This document shows positions 13,860 to 26,155 of a stretch of DNA of 64,000 nucleotides, piece by piece. The stretch is from Ramazzottius varieornatus (taxonomy: Eukaryota > Animalia > Tardigrada). Location: the NCBI GenBank assembly GCA_001949185.1, contig BDGG01000005.1:2221249-2285248 (forward strand), given 5' to 3'. The translations under genes and the position numbers were made by a program. Within the stretch, counting starts at the first letter, position 1. Every line of letters begins with the position of its first letter. The notes under the pieces are model-generated. The model did not search any database and was not told where the DNA came from. It worked only from the letters and a program-made list of their open reading frames with translations.

Positions 13860-14618
13860 ATGGGCTCACTATCCTCATACTCGATATCCTTCACGGCTGT
13901 GGTAGCTGTGATGGGAGGCCTTTCTGGATGGACATCACACTGGCTTCACGACACCTTCTTCAACCGGAAGTTGTCCACTCCAGCCTATTCCAAAGCCTCA
14001 AGCTGACTTTCTACCACACCAACCAAACGTCTGGTGGATCCTGTCAAAGCAGACGAAGAATTTGTTCATCTCATGACGTTCCCCAGCTTTCCCAAGCCCT
14101 GCGCTGTAAAAGAAATGTACGGAAGATGCGTCAAGCCTCACTGCAGAGATAGCCACGAAGAAAGTAAGTCCTACAAGATCCAAAAGTACCTGATGGACGC
14201 CAAGAAGACCGTCGACATTGCCGCACAAGCCATCACTTCCCACCAGATAGCTGATGTTTTGGAGAAGCTAGCAAAGGGCGGAGTGCGGGTGAGGATCATC
14301 CGCGACTATGATAACCTCAGCTTGCTGAAGGGAACTGAGAAGGTTAGTGCGTTACAAAAGTTCGGTGTACAGTTCAAAGTTAACGGGAAGCTGGATCCGG
14401 AGGATCCGAAGACTATGTTCGTGGCTGGGATCTTCCATCACAAGTTCGTGATCGTCGATAGTAAGGTCCTCATTCATGGTTCGGGGAACTTCACGCTGAA
14501 AGCTGTGTTACAGAACTACGAGTGTGCTGTGGCCACGAACTTGCCGGATGTGGTGGGGAAGATCCAGAAACACTATAATAACTGCTGGGAAAGCTTCGAC
14601 AACGCCATACTCAAATAA
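13860..14618 (+). CDS. PLD6: PLD6/Zucchini/MitoPLD nuclease-phospholipase; in-frame TGA at 14004-14006
   Basis: Single HKD motif HHKFVIVD..GSGNFT; CCCH zinc finger C-x8-C-x4-C-x3-H; hydrophobic N-terminal segment from ATG 13860 in the same frame. Confidence 0.85.
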
Positions 14619-15127
14619 AACCTGTTTCCTCTTTTTTTGCACATTTTCGTTTCTGCAGTAGTACAGAATGATATGGGAGCCTCGCAAACAGACTCGGGAT
14701 GGTCGCTATCCCGAGTGGCGCACGTTTCTGTACAGTATCAATGGAAACATGCGATAGCCATCGTCTCGAGTTTGCTTGCCGGGCTGCCAGATTCTCTCCC
14801 CGTACTCGCTTCTGATTCTTCGAAATTGCGACCTATGTTCTTTTTACTACCTTCGTTTTTCAACACCATCTTTAGACCTGCGGCTAATCAGGCTCTTAGT
14901 CGTAGCTCGTGGGTATGTTGGTCTTTGATTCGGTTGACTTTTCAACGCCATCCGTGTTACCACCAAGTCGAAAATCCACTGTAGGCCAACTAGGAATAGC
15001 GTAGCACTTTGTTGTGGCTCTATACAGTAGGATACTTGGCCAAATATTCGTAAATAAAATTCATCGTTTGTGGTAAAGACATTGAACACAGACAAGGGAA
15101 CAACTTCTGGAATTCAGATGAGAAATT

Positions 15128-18100
15128 TCAAGGTGAATTCTGAGGATAGACTTGATGAAGAGACGGTGAGGCAGCATGGCCGGAATGAGTAGGTGCAGTC
15201 ACCGGAAAGCGCGAGGCCAGCATCCAGGAAGCGGCGGCATGATGCGGATAGAAATAATTCATGTAGGATTGCGCGGCTAGGCATTGCTGCTGCCAGGCTG
15301 TTGCGTGAGGAAGCTGCGAACCGAGCGCCGGGAAGTAAGGGATTACGGGCTGACATGAATTAGGCGGGTTAACTGGACTGCAGCTAGAGTCCGGAGCAAG
15401 CGCGAGGCTCTTCTCCAACTCGGAAACTACTTTGGGGTACTTGGTCTTGACCGGTGTCGAGCGGGACTCTTCCTCTTCCGGGTCGGACTGCGACAGCGAG
15501 CGCTTCCCGCTCCACTTCTCTTCCACCTTGCGAATATTGTGTAGGTCGCGGAAACCTTTGGCGAAGGGGTTGTTGTCGATCTTCAGCCTTGTGATTTGCT
15601 CGTTTTGGTAAGCCGTCACTGAAAGAAAATTGGGATCTTAGAACTAGCGAAAAAAGTTAAGCATCAACCACCTGCGTACACCAGTCCATGCTTTCGCCGT
15701 TGGACGACGTACGCAGGTACGTGCAATACAGAGCAACCTGTCAGGGAATTCCTTCATGCACCTGCATACCTCGAGACATGCGTTAAGCCTCCAACCGTGG
15801 GTGGACGTATGCAAGTGGATGCAAAACGAACTAAACCGCTAAAAATTGCGCCATCTCCCCATCTCACCTGCAATGAAGGCTGTTTCGGGAAAAGCGATGA
15901 TGTTGAAAGCGATGTAGTTGAAAGAGACCATGTCTTCTGCTCGGATGACAGCGATCCGGGGTTGGTACTTATGCATTGAATTGAGGATTATCTGCAAAGA
16001 CAATGTGCATAAGACCCGGAAGTAATATGCGACATATTTTCCAACTGTTCATTTCTACGCCCGAAATCAGGAATAATGAAGTCTACTCCCTCTGTTCATC
16101 CATATTCAGTCTTATGGAACTTGATAAGCACTGGCTCACCTGGCTGTTCTGGTCGAAGTTATTATTGGTCAGCTTGACTTTGCTGAATGAGAGCGGTTGT
16201 CGCATCCACTGGGAACCGCTGGCCGGTGAATCGGGATGGACGTAGCAGCGACCGTGATGATGAGGATCAGCTTTGCCTGATGCGACCCATTCGGAACCGT
16301 GGAACTTGTAACGGACGTCGTCTACAGGTGCCATGTCGATCACCACGTAATAGCGTGCGTTCTTGTCCAATCCGCTGATTGACATCTTCATCACAGGAAA
16401 CATTCGCCTGCAATGACCAAAATATACTCGTAAACTTCAAAGTACCTCAACCATCTTTTAGGTCGTAAAATTGGCCGCACCGTTTAAACTGAGCACATAA
16501 CCGCTGCGTGTGGCTGACTAATTGAAAACATGAGTTATTCGAACGAAGTATGCGGGCGAAACGATTTTTCGATTAGCGACTTTGGTAGACGTCGTAAACA
16601 TCTGTTGGCGGCATTCCAAGGCGCCAAATATTTTTGTCTAAGTTTTTAGCGGGTTCGTCGGTGATATCTATCCTAAACTACTTTAGCGAGTTTAGCGTAG
16701 GCTTCAAAGTAAAGGGCGGAGGGCGGCAGACGGTAGCAGGTATATAGTCATAATCTTTTGCCTGAGATTGCCGGCAGTAATCTCAGTTACCTGATTGAGC
16801 TGCGTTTAATATCCCACTCGGATACATTAAGTTTTGGTATGCCTCAATAACTTAATCCCATTTGGCATACCGCTTTCACGGGGTGCCCGGAAAGCGCATC
16901 GTATCCCTTCGCAGGATACGACGTGTCCCGGTGTTGATTAGCAGTGCTAATTGGACACGAAAGCATCCGCAAAGGCGCAAATCGGTCCCTTCAAAGCGCT
17001 CATCCGCAGCAGAATGCACATTCTCATAATTTACAAATTATATATCGCATTGAGATATTGATAACGCACGCCTCAACGACGGACATCCCATGCATACTTA
17101 AGCCTGCTACCATCCAAGCCAGCGATGGCGGCTCTCAGGTTGCAAACCAATGTCCAACCGACTTGACCTTTCAACTTCCGCCATCTTGTTACTGAACTAG
17201 AGCGTTGAAGATGCCCGACCATGTATTACGCCTTCCGAACGCTACAAAAACATCGACCTATCTGGGAGCTAGGTCGGCAAGCAAACGCGATAAGATTGTT
17301 TTTGTAGGTGGCGCAGGGTTTCAGCATATATCACTGAGAGCACGCGTCACTTTGGGAAACGATCTTGTCAAGTGTGTGGGTCTAACTTCAAAGTTCAGAG
17401 AAAAGTCACGCTGATTTTTTTTCATTTTTTTTATCGCAGATCTTTTTGTCCCTCCCGAAAGAATAATCGCGACTAGAACTGTCTCCGCATTCACGATGGC
17501 TCATGGATGTATTCGTGCAAATAATTTTCTTCGAAACATTTTTGTTTGGTTCATATCACCGAGCATGTCTCGATCTGCAGATCGTGTTATGGAGACAACT
17601 GCGCACATTACAGGCAGCGACGCCAGTTTCTTAATCAAATAAGGCGCCTACTCCAAAAGAGATAGTTGTAGTAATTAGATTGCTGATGCCCTTTGTCTCA
17701 TACATGTCTGCCGTTAGTCGACGTCAATGACGACACCCATTTAAGACCTCTTGACATCGTACCCGGTATTTATTCCTTTGACTTCAACCTGATAAATATA
17801 TAAAACATCTACGGATTGGTTCAAGAGGTCCTTTCATCCCATTCAGCCAGGTACCAGGAAACACCTCTCATCTGTCTCTGAGGTCCAATTTTGGTCCTCT
17901 TATCAACGCATAAGAAGGGATTTTCGTGACGAAGCTATTCGAGTTTTGAGATATGTTCTAAAGACGGGAAAATCTCGAGTAGCTGTGGCACGAGTCTGAT
18001 TGTCCTGGAGCCTGTTAAGTATATACAAAGACGGTTCTGTGGTTCCATTTGTGCGTTTTGTGATACAATCGGCACAGTGACACTTTCGATTTTTCGCGCA

Positions 18101-18680
18101 CTGAAACCAAGAACCAGAGGTAATCGAAAAAACCCACGTGATCCAGGTATAGGTTGTTCTTAAAAAATCTAGATATTCTTTTTAGTTTATCCTCGCTGGA
18201 AATTGTCTCCGCTACCAGAATAATATAGCAAAAACCCGAAGTAGAAAATATTGGAAAGTACTGACGGGTCAACTTTTACTCGTCTGCTCCCGCCGTTCGA
18301 GACTTCGAGAACCTCGGATCGCGGCCGATTTACGACGCGAAGAGTTTGTAACTTATGGGATAAACATACCTTCCTGTCTTTGTGATGATCATCTCGGTGG
18401 TGTGTCGGTTGAAGCGTTCCCACATGTCGCGATTCTCCAAGGTGACCTTTATGTTGGGATCGCTCTGGTACACTGACATGCCCGAAAGAGCGGCTAGACT
18501 GGCGTTGGTGTAGTTGACGGGGCCTCGCGTCATGGCCGTCATGGAGGGAAAAAAGGAACCATCCAACGAACCTACAATGAAGAGAGTGTTAAAAACCAAT
18601 TCCCAATCCCAGCACTTGTCCTTTTGCGTCTGGCTTCCAAAAGCCTTACCTGCAGACATAGATAGTCTGTTGGGAAACAT
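15128..18680 (-). CDS. T-box transcription factor (Tbx6/Dorsocross- or Tbx2-like; subfamily unresolved), about 5 exons
   Basis: [19 protein letters not shown]|RMFP..YVHPDSP..KLTNN|[20 protein letters not shown]|[25 protein letters not shown]. Confidence 0.95.
15669..15775. repeat. Second intronic repeat family (GTATGCAGGT triple motif), copy in T-box intron
   Basis: Its reverse complement has the same three-motif layout as 51070-51185. Confidence 0.6.
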
Positions 18681-20597
18681 TGCGAAAAGTGGTGCAGAGC
18701 CGAAAAAACAACTTCGAAATAAGGAATTTTGCAACTTGAGAGGTCTCCAACGGGATCGAACGAAAGTAAACCAAACTGAAGCGTTCTAATACGAATGTTT
18801 CGGTGTTAAGTATTTACCTGGCAAGCGTCGACGACAGCCGAAGATGAGATCGGTTCTTCAAGCAGAAGCCCTCGAGGTAAACAAGCGCCGTACAGGCGCG
18901 TCACCTCTCTCACGGCAGTTCGTCCACGTACTCGAGAAAGTACGTACGGTGGGTGTCGTTGAGGAGGCGCGGCGACAAATGGCTGATTTACGCGGATTTG
19001 CTGTTATCTAACTCGTGAGGGAGGGAGGACAGACAGAGGAGTACGGCGTCAAACAGACACCGCAAAGGGATAAGTCCTGGATATACCTGAAATGAAATCA
19101 ATTGGTCTTGACTCCGCGACATTCTCTCGCCAGCCATCCGCCTTCTCAATCGTCCGGCAGAGATAATCATTAAAGTGAGCTGTAAACGATACGCTGCACT
19201 GCGGCTTTCGGCGGATTAGAGCTGTCGCCTTTAGGGGCTGTCTGTCTTCGCACCCGGCCGACCATATACCCGTAAGCCCCGCTTTAACAGACTTCACCGC
19301 GCTTTCAACTTTGGGCCGGACTCGACAATGGATCTTCCCGGACACTGTTTACCCGTTTACTCACCATGGTCTATTAGACAGTAGTTCAACAATAGACCCT
19401 ATAAAAAGAGTCGTCGCTGCCGCTGGTATCATTCGCTAATGCGGTAGTCATGCAAGAACCCTTTTATTAGAAGAACAAGAATGCTTCCGGCTCCACCGAT
19501 CGACTTAAGTCACCTCTGCGGCGCGACCGATTCATTCAAATGGTTTATGACTTGAGCGTTTTGCACAAACAACTCACCAGGACATCGACGATGTTTACCT
19601 CCGTTCCACGGACCCACAACGCCCGCAAGACCAACGATCCATTCTGTGAGGGAAAGTGAGGTAATCGAGCAGCCTTCGGTATCCCTCTTATGAAGTTATG
19701 CTTGCAGAAAACCAGACGCTTTTCATCCTGCGGGATATCAGACCAGAATTCCCACTAACCAAACAGTCAGTAAAATATGGTTTAATAGGGATAAATAGCG
19801 GAGACAGGCCAGGTATTAGTGAAAGGTGTCCAACCACTTCAGTTTGCCTCGCATCGTATCGCGTCTGTCCATGTTCGACTTTTTCCAGTAGACCGTCATT
19901 CAAAGTTGATGCGACCTTCACAAATAAACAAGGTTTGAATTTAAAAATTTCGGAACGCCAGGAAATTTTGTTTGATTTCTGGGCTGCCGTACTGTCTGTG
20001 GAAGCTATCAGCAGCTGTGCTCATTAGACAGTGGGCGAAGTACCGCGACCTGCAAAGTCCCTCCTGCGGTTTTCTTAACAGCATGTAAAGTGGCACAAAG
20101 ACAGGCGACGATTACGAGAATGAAAGATGGTGGTGTGCGAACGGCAACTTCTTGCTCGCTTCCTGGCTCATTAATGAGGGAGTAAATTAAGCTCAAATGT
20201 ATGGAGCAGGACATCACACCTCCAGTAGAGTCAAACCCGAGGAGCGCGGCGCCACTTGATTGGCATCTGTTTGCTTTGGCGAGGTATCAGTTTTTTCGCA
20301 TCTTGATATTTTTCAAGCCATCGATGCCAATCTCTGCTAATCGATCGCTTTATGACTGACTCCAGACCCCACCACATGCATCTCAATAAAACCTAACATC
20401 TGATATCATCAGAAATTACAGTATCACATATCACTGCCGTATAGTTCCATCATACATCTAGGGTCAACTCGGACGCGCGTGCGCCTCGAAAATTGCGAAC
20501 GATTCCAATTAATTGGGTTTCAAAGCCGCTCCTAGAAACGGTATGGCGACACAATCTTTACTTCAGGTACTTCCTGCCAAGTTCCTGGTAGCATAAC

Positions 20598-20713
20598 CTG
20601 GGAGCTTGGCACGCCAGCTCGCCCAGAGTGTGGCGCACGCTTCCAGCCAATATAACTGCAAAAATGCGCCACGTGTGAAAACAGTCTGATTGAGTTGGTT
20701 TGGCGAGCACCCA
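20598..20713. repeat. Foldback palindrome family, copy 4 (apparently intergenic; both outer ends visible)
   Basis: tgggagcttggc..tggcgcacgcttccag..tgcgccacg..gagcaccca. Confidence 0.8.
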
Positions 20714-20890
20714 CCTCATGCAGAAGTTCAGCAGGGTGGCATGGTGACAACGCATTGTCAAAAAAGCGCCACATACACCTACACGCTGAATTCTGTTTGT
20801 GAATTCCCACTTCTCTTTATGTTTTCTTTGAGAATAGCTTTCCTGAGCTAGAGTAGATCTTTAGTAAATTGTGTGTGTGCATTTTGCTAC

Positions 20891-22422
20891 ATGGACGGTG
20901 CAGGAACGTTCGAGCACGATAACCGTCCGATGGACGCTGCACCGGACAATTTTCATGCGTTCCAACAAACTGGGATGGAACAGGAGGAAATGTCCCAGGA
21001 AACCAGGGAACGTCTAATTACGACAACGCGAAAGAGTTGTGCGTAATCTTTCCGCGATAATTATTCTCGTTTTAATTACCGGCACATGTACATAGAGCTA
21101 TTTTTGGGCTAATGGATGTTACTGAATGTAGCGGACAGTCCTCGTGATGCCATCGTTTCCGCCGGAAGCACTTCGCCTGAAATTTTGCCAGTATCTACAA
21201 GCGTCGAGTCCCCGACAAGTGGTCAATTTGAACCCGACAACGGAAACATGAGGTAAGTGCAGATATTCTCTTGGATGCGCCGGAAATGGACGTGCGTCTG
21301 TTGGTAACCATATGAGCGAATTAGAAGTGATAATGACGATTGGTGTACGTACTGATTACCATCAGAGTCGAAAGGAGTACCCTCACGAGACGTCGTTATT
21401 TTCCAGGAACGTGGAGAACGTTCGGGAAGGTGACGAAAAAATGAACGCGGAACGAAATGATTTCAACGAAAGTCAAGATAATCCTGTTAGGGAGAACAAG
21501 CTGGAAGTGGAGCAGCATGGAACGACAGAATCTCGAATTTTCCCCGCTGACTGGACGCCGCACCCAAGAATGGACCACACGCCGCCACCCAAGGAGGACA
21601 ACCCGAACACCGAGTCCAGCGTGCACCTTCCGGGTTCGCCGTCCGTTCAGATGTCCGAGTTCGAGTTCACCTTCGCCAAGTCGTTATTCAAGGATGCGCT
21701 AAGCTCAACCAGTGCCACCAGATTCCAATCGGCCGTCGACGTCTGCAAGATCCTGGCTCTCGAGTACTGTAATGCTTCTTGAACTTCGCGAATTGCGTCA
21801 TAGTAAGCGTGTGCTGTATGCGTCACTATACCCGTAAACTCCACGCGTACTGCGACGTCACTTCGCGAAGTTCAAGAAGCATTACAGTGCGTTCTCTCAA
21901 AAATGTGGGACGCCGGCAAGTCGCTATGTCACGCGGCGCATATCTTCATTAAGTTTGGCAGAGAGCGTGCGCCACTTGAGAGATTCACCTGCCGTCGTCC
22001 CATGTACAAAATTCCATAGCGGAACTTCAGATCTAGCACCTACTCTACAGACATATATATCGCCCGTTTCATGTAGGTACGATTCGGAAGAGGAGGAAGA
22101 TGAAAAGATAGCCCCGAGCATACGCGAACTAGAGCAGGAAACCGCGGACCTGGCGATGCAGCTCTTCATAAAGGAGGCGGAAGAGTCCTTTCTCAACGCA
22201 TGGGCCGAGGGGCTGACTTTCGAAGAGCTCTCTGCGTACGAACAGGCTTTGAGTGGTGTGCCGTTCCCGAAGACTGTAAAAAGACTTCAAAGATGCATAA
22301 ACTCTACACGGAGATATTTTTCTTATGTTCCTCTTTTGGGGCGGTATGTTTCTGGTCCTGCAAAAATTCCAAGCATTCCCGTGTCGGAATCTGCACAGGT
22401 CTCAAAATTTAGTCATCCTTGA
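20891..22422 (+). CDS. Hypothetical acidic protein, about 4 exons, no family recognised
   Basis: ATG 20891; in-frame splice ALE|YDSEEEEDE across intron 21764-22076; continuous coding-like exons. Confidence 0.55.
21767..21887. mobile_element. MITE (121 bp) with 26-bp perfect terminal inverted repeats
   Basis: CTGTAATGCTTCTTGAACTTCGCGAA ... TTCGCGAAGTTCAAGAAGCATTACAG; flanked by TA and TG (probable decayed TA target duplication). Confidence 0.8.
21905..21990. repeat. Foldback palindrome family, copy 5 (degenerate, intronic)
   Basis: cggcgcata..gagagcgtgcgccacttgag. Confidence 0.65.
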
Positions 22423-22739
22423 ACTTCTTGTAGATTTTGTCTTTCCTGCTTTTTTTCTTTCGTGTCAGCAAGTCAAACGCCAGTTAACTCTGGCGCCTCC
22501 CATAATTTTATTACCATGGGAACCCTGTTGGCTGAACTAAACTACTGTGAAACTCCGAACCGCTCGACTAGTGATAAAAACGTGGATGATAGATGTGGAA
22601 TCTTCTGTAATTTTTAATTCTGAAAAATAGACTCATTACGTTCTTCGAAGAGTCAATTGCGCTTGGTTACATACCGATTGCCACCAAAATTATGAAGTGT
22701 TGAGACTGCTGGATTGCCGACGCACCCAAGGACTGGAAC

Positions 22740-25700
22740 ATGTCACGATCGTCGCGGTATACGCGGTCAACAGGAACCCCAGCTTTTGGTAGTCGAGCCT
22801 CAATAAAGTACGTATGCCGGTTATAGCACAGTTTTTAGCCAACTGAGCTTTCGTATTCTGTTCTGTTTCACGTGTTCATATTATTTTGTAGTATAGATGA
22901 GTATCGGGATTTATTGGATGACACGATGGAAGACATCCGCGCCGAGATGAGGTGTCGGTTTGTCGCGATGGAAGAGGAACTGCTACCGAATATCCGAAAT
23001 TACCAAGGAAATGGCGACCAGTTAGGAAGGCTCCTCGACGATAACGTCCGGAGCCTTCAACTTTACATCAAAGAGCAGGTAACTCTCATTCAGTGATACT
23101 GCGTGTTGGCATGAAATCGTTTTCATTTGGGAGCTCGACGAAGAAACTCGACAAGAGGGCCTTTTCGAGTAGCCCACGCTTCTGGCCGATATCACTGAAA
23201 CCGTGCGCCACTTGGGAAAACGATCGTGTCGGGTTTATTTTACCAAGCTTCCAAATATTCGCCCTCTTCTTGAATTCGAGCTAACTACGTTGTTTGCGAC
23301 AAGCCAGCAGCGCTGAATATTGTTTTTGTTTTTTTGTGAAGAATAGTTCGTCAATCTGCAGCATCAACTGCGCTCATTGCGAGGAACTCCCAGTCGCGAA
23401 ATATCCGACGACTTTGAAAATCGGCTGAATCGCATCCTTGCTCAAGCTCATGACAGTTACGATGCCTTCAGAAGTGTCCTGTCCAGCAAAAGTCGATCAA
23501 ATCGCTCACCAAGCCGTCTAACCTTCAGTGATGCAAGCCTTCCATCAACGGGCACGTCCAGAACCCGAACCGACTACACAGGCTCCGGAACGACCGCCAC
23601 TTCCGGTCACACCGCAAGTAGATACACGGGATCGAGTCTCAGTCAGTCCGATACCAGCACTTCCCGATCGGGCAGAACTGGGTCCTATGTGACAGATCAG
23701 AGTGGCTCGGGGACCACAACCGGAAGTGGGTCCTACACCACACAAGGCACTCGTTCAACGTCTACTGGGCTATCGGATAACTATTCTTCTTTGAGCACGT
23801 TTCGGAGCGGTATCTCAAGTAACACCAGTGGGACTAGCAGCGGCATAAGCAGCGAACCCTCGACCGTCACGTCGTACGAATCCTCAACGACAACCATATC
23901 GACCATACCCTCCTCCAACACTTCCGGGACCAACAGTTCGACCAGCACTGGTAGTTCGGGTAGCTCATCTAGTGGACCTTCTAACCAGTCAAGTTACCTG
24001 ACTGATGGTACCTTAAATACCTCGAGCTACCCTAGCTCAGCGACGTTTTCAACAAGTGGTTCGAACACCAGCGCCTTGAATTATCCAAGTACGACAAGTT
24101 ATCCCACGAGTGGGACGAATACATTCGGGTCGGAATCAACGCAAAGCTATAGTCCGAGTCGCACGGACCAGGGTTCGTTGAGCACCATGACGAGCGGATC
24201 GGGAGACTCGTTACAGTCAACTATACCTAGTTCTTCGGATGCTTCCGGCTATCCGTCGAATGTGACTTCGAACACGTCAAGAACCACGAACGAGTCTTCG
24301 CGGTCGACCTTCGTTCCTGAGCAGTCATCTTATAGCGAGAGCAGTTACAGCCTCAGTCGAACGGGTACGTAGAATTTCACGAGTACATGGTGATAACTCT
24401 AAATGGGACGTGGGCAGATGAATTAAACCAGATAGTTTTCCAAGGGGCGCAAAATTTCGGCTGCTAGCAATGTGAACGTGCGCCACTTTGGATAATTATC
24501 GGGTTCATTTCATCTGTCTGATATATCTATTTGCAGGTACTCCATCACATCCTGCTTTTGGAGAAAGTTCCCTGTCCACCGTGAGATCCGGTGTTTCCGG
24601 AGACTCGGTTTCGCAAAGTACTGTTGGTCGTAGTAGAAGAGCTGGCTCTAATCCAAGCCAGGCCACGAATAACAGCAGCCAAGATTCCGTGTCCGAGAAT
24701 CTCAGCTACAAGGATTCACGATCAACTGCCCTATCAGCCTCTAGATCCACCATGCAACCTAGCCAACAAAGCTCGATAGGAAGATCGCGTTCCTCCATCG
24801 GTAGAAGCGACTTCGAACAATCAAGAACTTCCCAGAGAACCACAGAGTCGGAAGAAAGCAAATCCTCTGTCGGTAGTCGGGTCGTTTCGGAGAACCTTTC
24901 CAGAAACGAGAGCGAAATTCCTAGCCGTTCTACAGTGATGTCCATAAGGTCCTCCATCGCCAATATTAGTGGCCGAACATCACCCAGCCGAGATACCTCA
25001 CGAGTAGACAGATCTGCACCGGAAGTTAGCCAAGAGTGCTCGACAAGTTCAGTGCGACGATCTGAATTGACTTCCACCCAGCCCAGTCCCTCGATGGTTT
25101 CTCAACGTACAGCTGCTATGAGCAGGACAGTTTCTTCTCCCTTGTCTCAAAGCCATACCGAACTTCATTCTGCCTCTAGTTTCCAGCCGAGTATACGAAC
25201 AGTCAACTCTTCCCCGAGTATGCAACCGTCCGGTGTACGTTCCGGGATGTCATCTAACTCACAAAGAACAGTAACCTCAATCCAAGAAGAGAAAAGTTCA
25301 GAAGAATCAGAAAATGAAGAAGGAACTACGGACGACGATACTTCTGAAGCCACTTCGGAAGGAGCCTCAGACGACTTCTTCGAAGAAGAGCAGGCATCCC
25401 GAAGCGTTATGGGAGGGACAGTTTCGAATGTGTCTCAGCGGTCTCAGATCTCCCAGCAAGCCCAACGTCCCATTCTAACACCAAGTCATGCTCCGTCAAA
25501 CGCAAACTCAGCCAAAAGCATGAAGAGCTCGACGCTTCAGCCTGGCGGAACTTCCGCTTCCCGTTCACCCCTGGGGAATAATTCTATCTCGACAATCAGA
25601 AGCGGGAACTCTTCCGCTCTGTCCGCGGTTTTGAACGCGAACTCCAGACAGAGCCCGACGAGTCTAAAACCAAGTAGATCTACTGCTGGCGAAGCGTCCA

Positions 25701-25903
25701 GCCTATCGGTAAGGTCAAAGCTGGCTGTGGAAAAAGACGAGAGTCTGGACGAAGCGACCTCGGAAGAAGAGAGTACTGACCCCTCGGAAGATGGGTCAAC
25801 CGTAAGCACGGCAGAGACCAATACGTCAGAAGTAATTCTCAGTTCGGCATCAGTGCCCAACAAGAAGAAGAAAAAGAAGAAGAAAAGAAGGGGAAGTGAT
25901 TAA
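22740..25903 (+). CDS. ~879-aa Ser/Thr-rich, probably disordered protein with N-terminal helical region and C-terminal poly-Lys NLS-like tail
   Basis: Exons 22740-22807, 22892-23078, 23347-24364, 24537-25903 join in frame with GT-AG sites; ends PNKKKKKKKKRRGSD. Confidence 0.78.
23128..23236. repeat. Foldback palindrome family, copy 6 (intronic)
   Basis: tgggagctc..actcgacaaga..ctgaaaccgtgcgccacttgggaaaacgatcgtgtcggg. Confidence 0.85.
24403..24506. repeat. Foldback palindrome family, copy 7 (intronic)
   Basis: gatagttttccaaggggcgca..gtgcgccactttggataattatc. Confidence 0.8.
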
Positions 25904-26155
25904 ATAGGATAAATTTATTTGCGCACGTTTCAGAAAATCATCAAGATTCAATAAACTCAATGAAGGTAAAACAAAGGTACACCATGAGACCTACGTGCGT
26001 TGTAGAATATGGCTTCTTTACAGTCCTTTCAAGTACCCGGAAGTTCCATGAGCTTGTAACGGAAGTCCTTTGTTCGATCCTTTGAGCTCCTGGAAAACGA
26101 ATGGCTTTCACCACGAAGAAGATCCAGAGACTTACGATCCCGAACAAAACTTACG

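Noticed and set aside
20214-20221. TCACACCT T-box site upstream of the T-box gene (autoregulation)
   Set aside because: An 8-mer is expected about twice by chance in this window, and another occurs inside the transposon (~33197)
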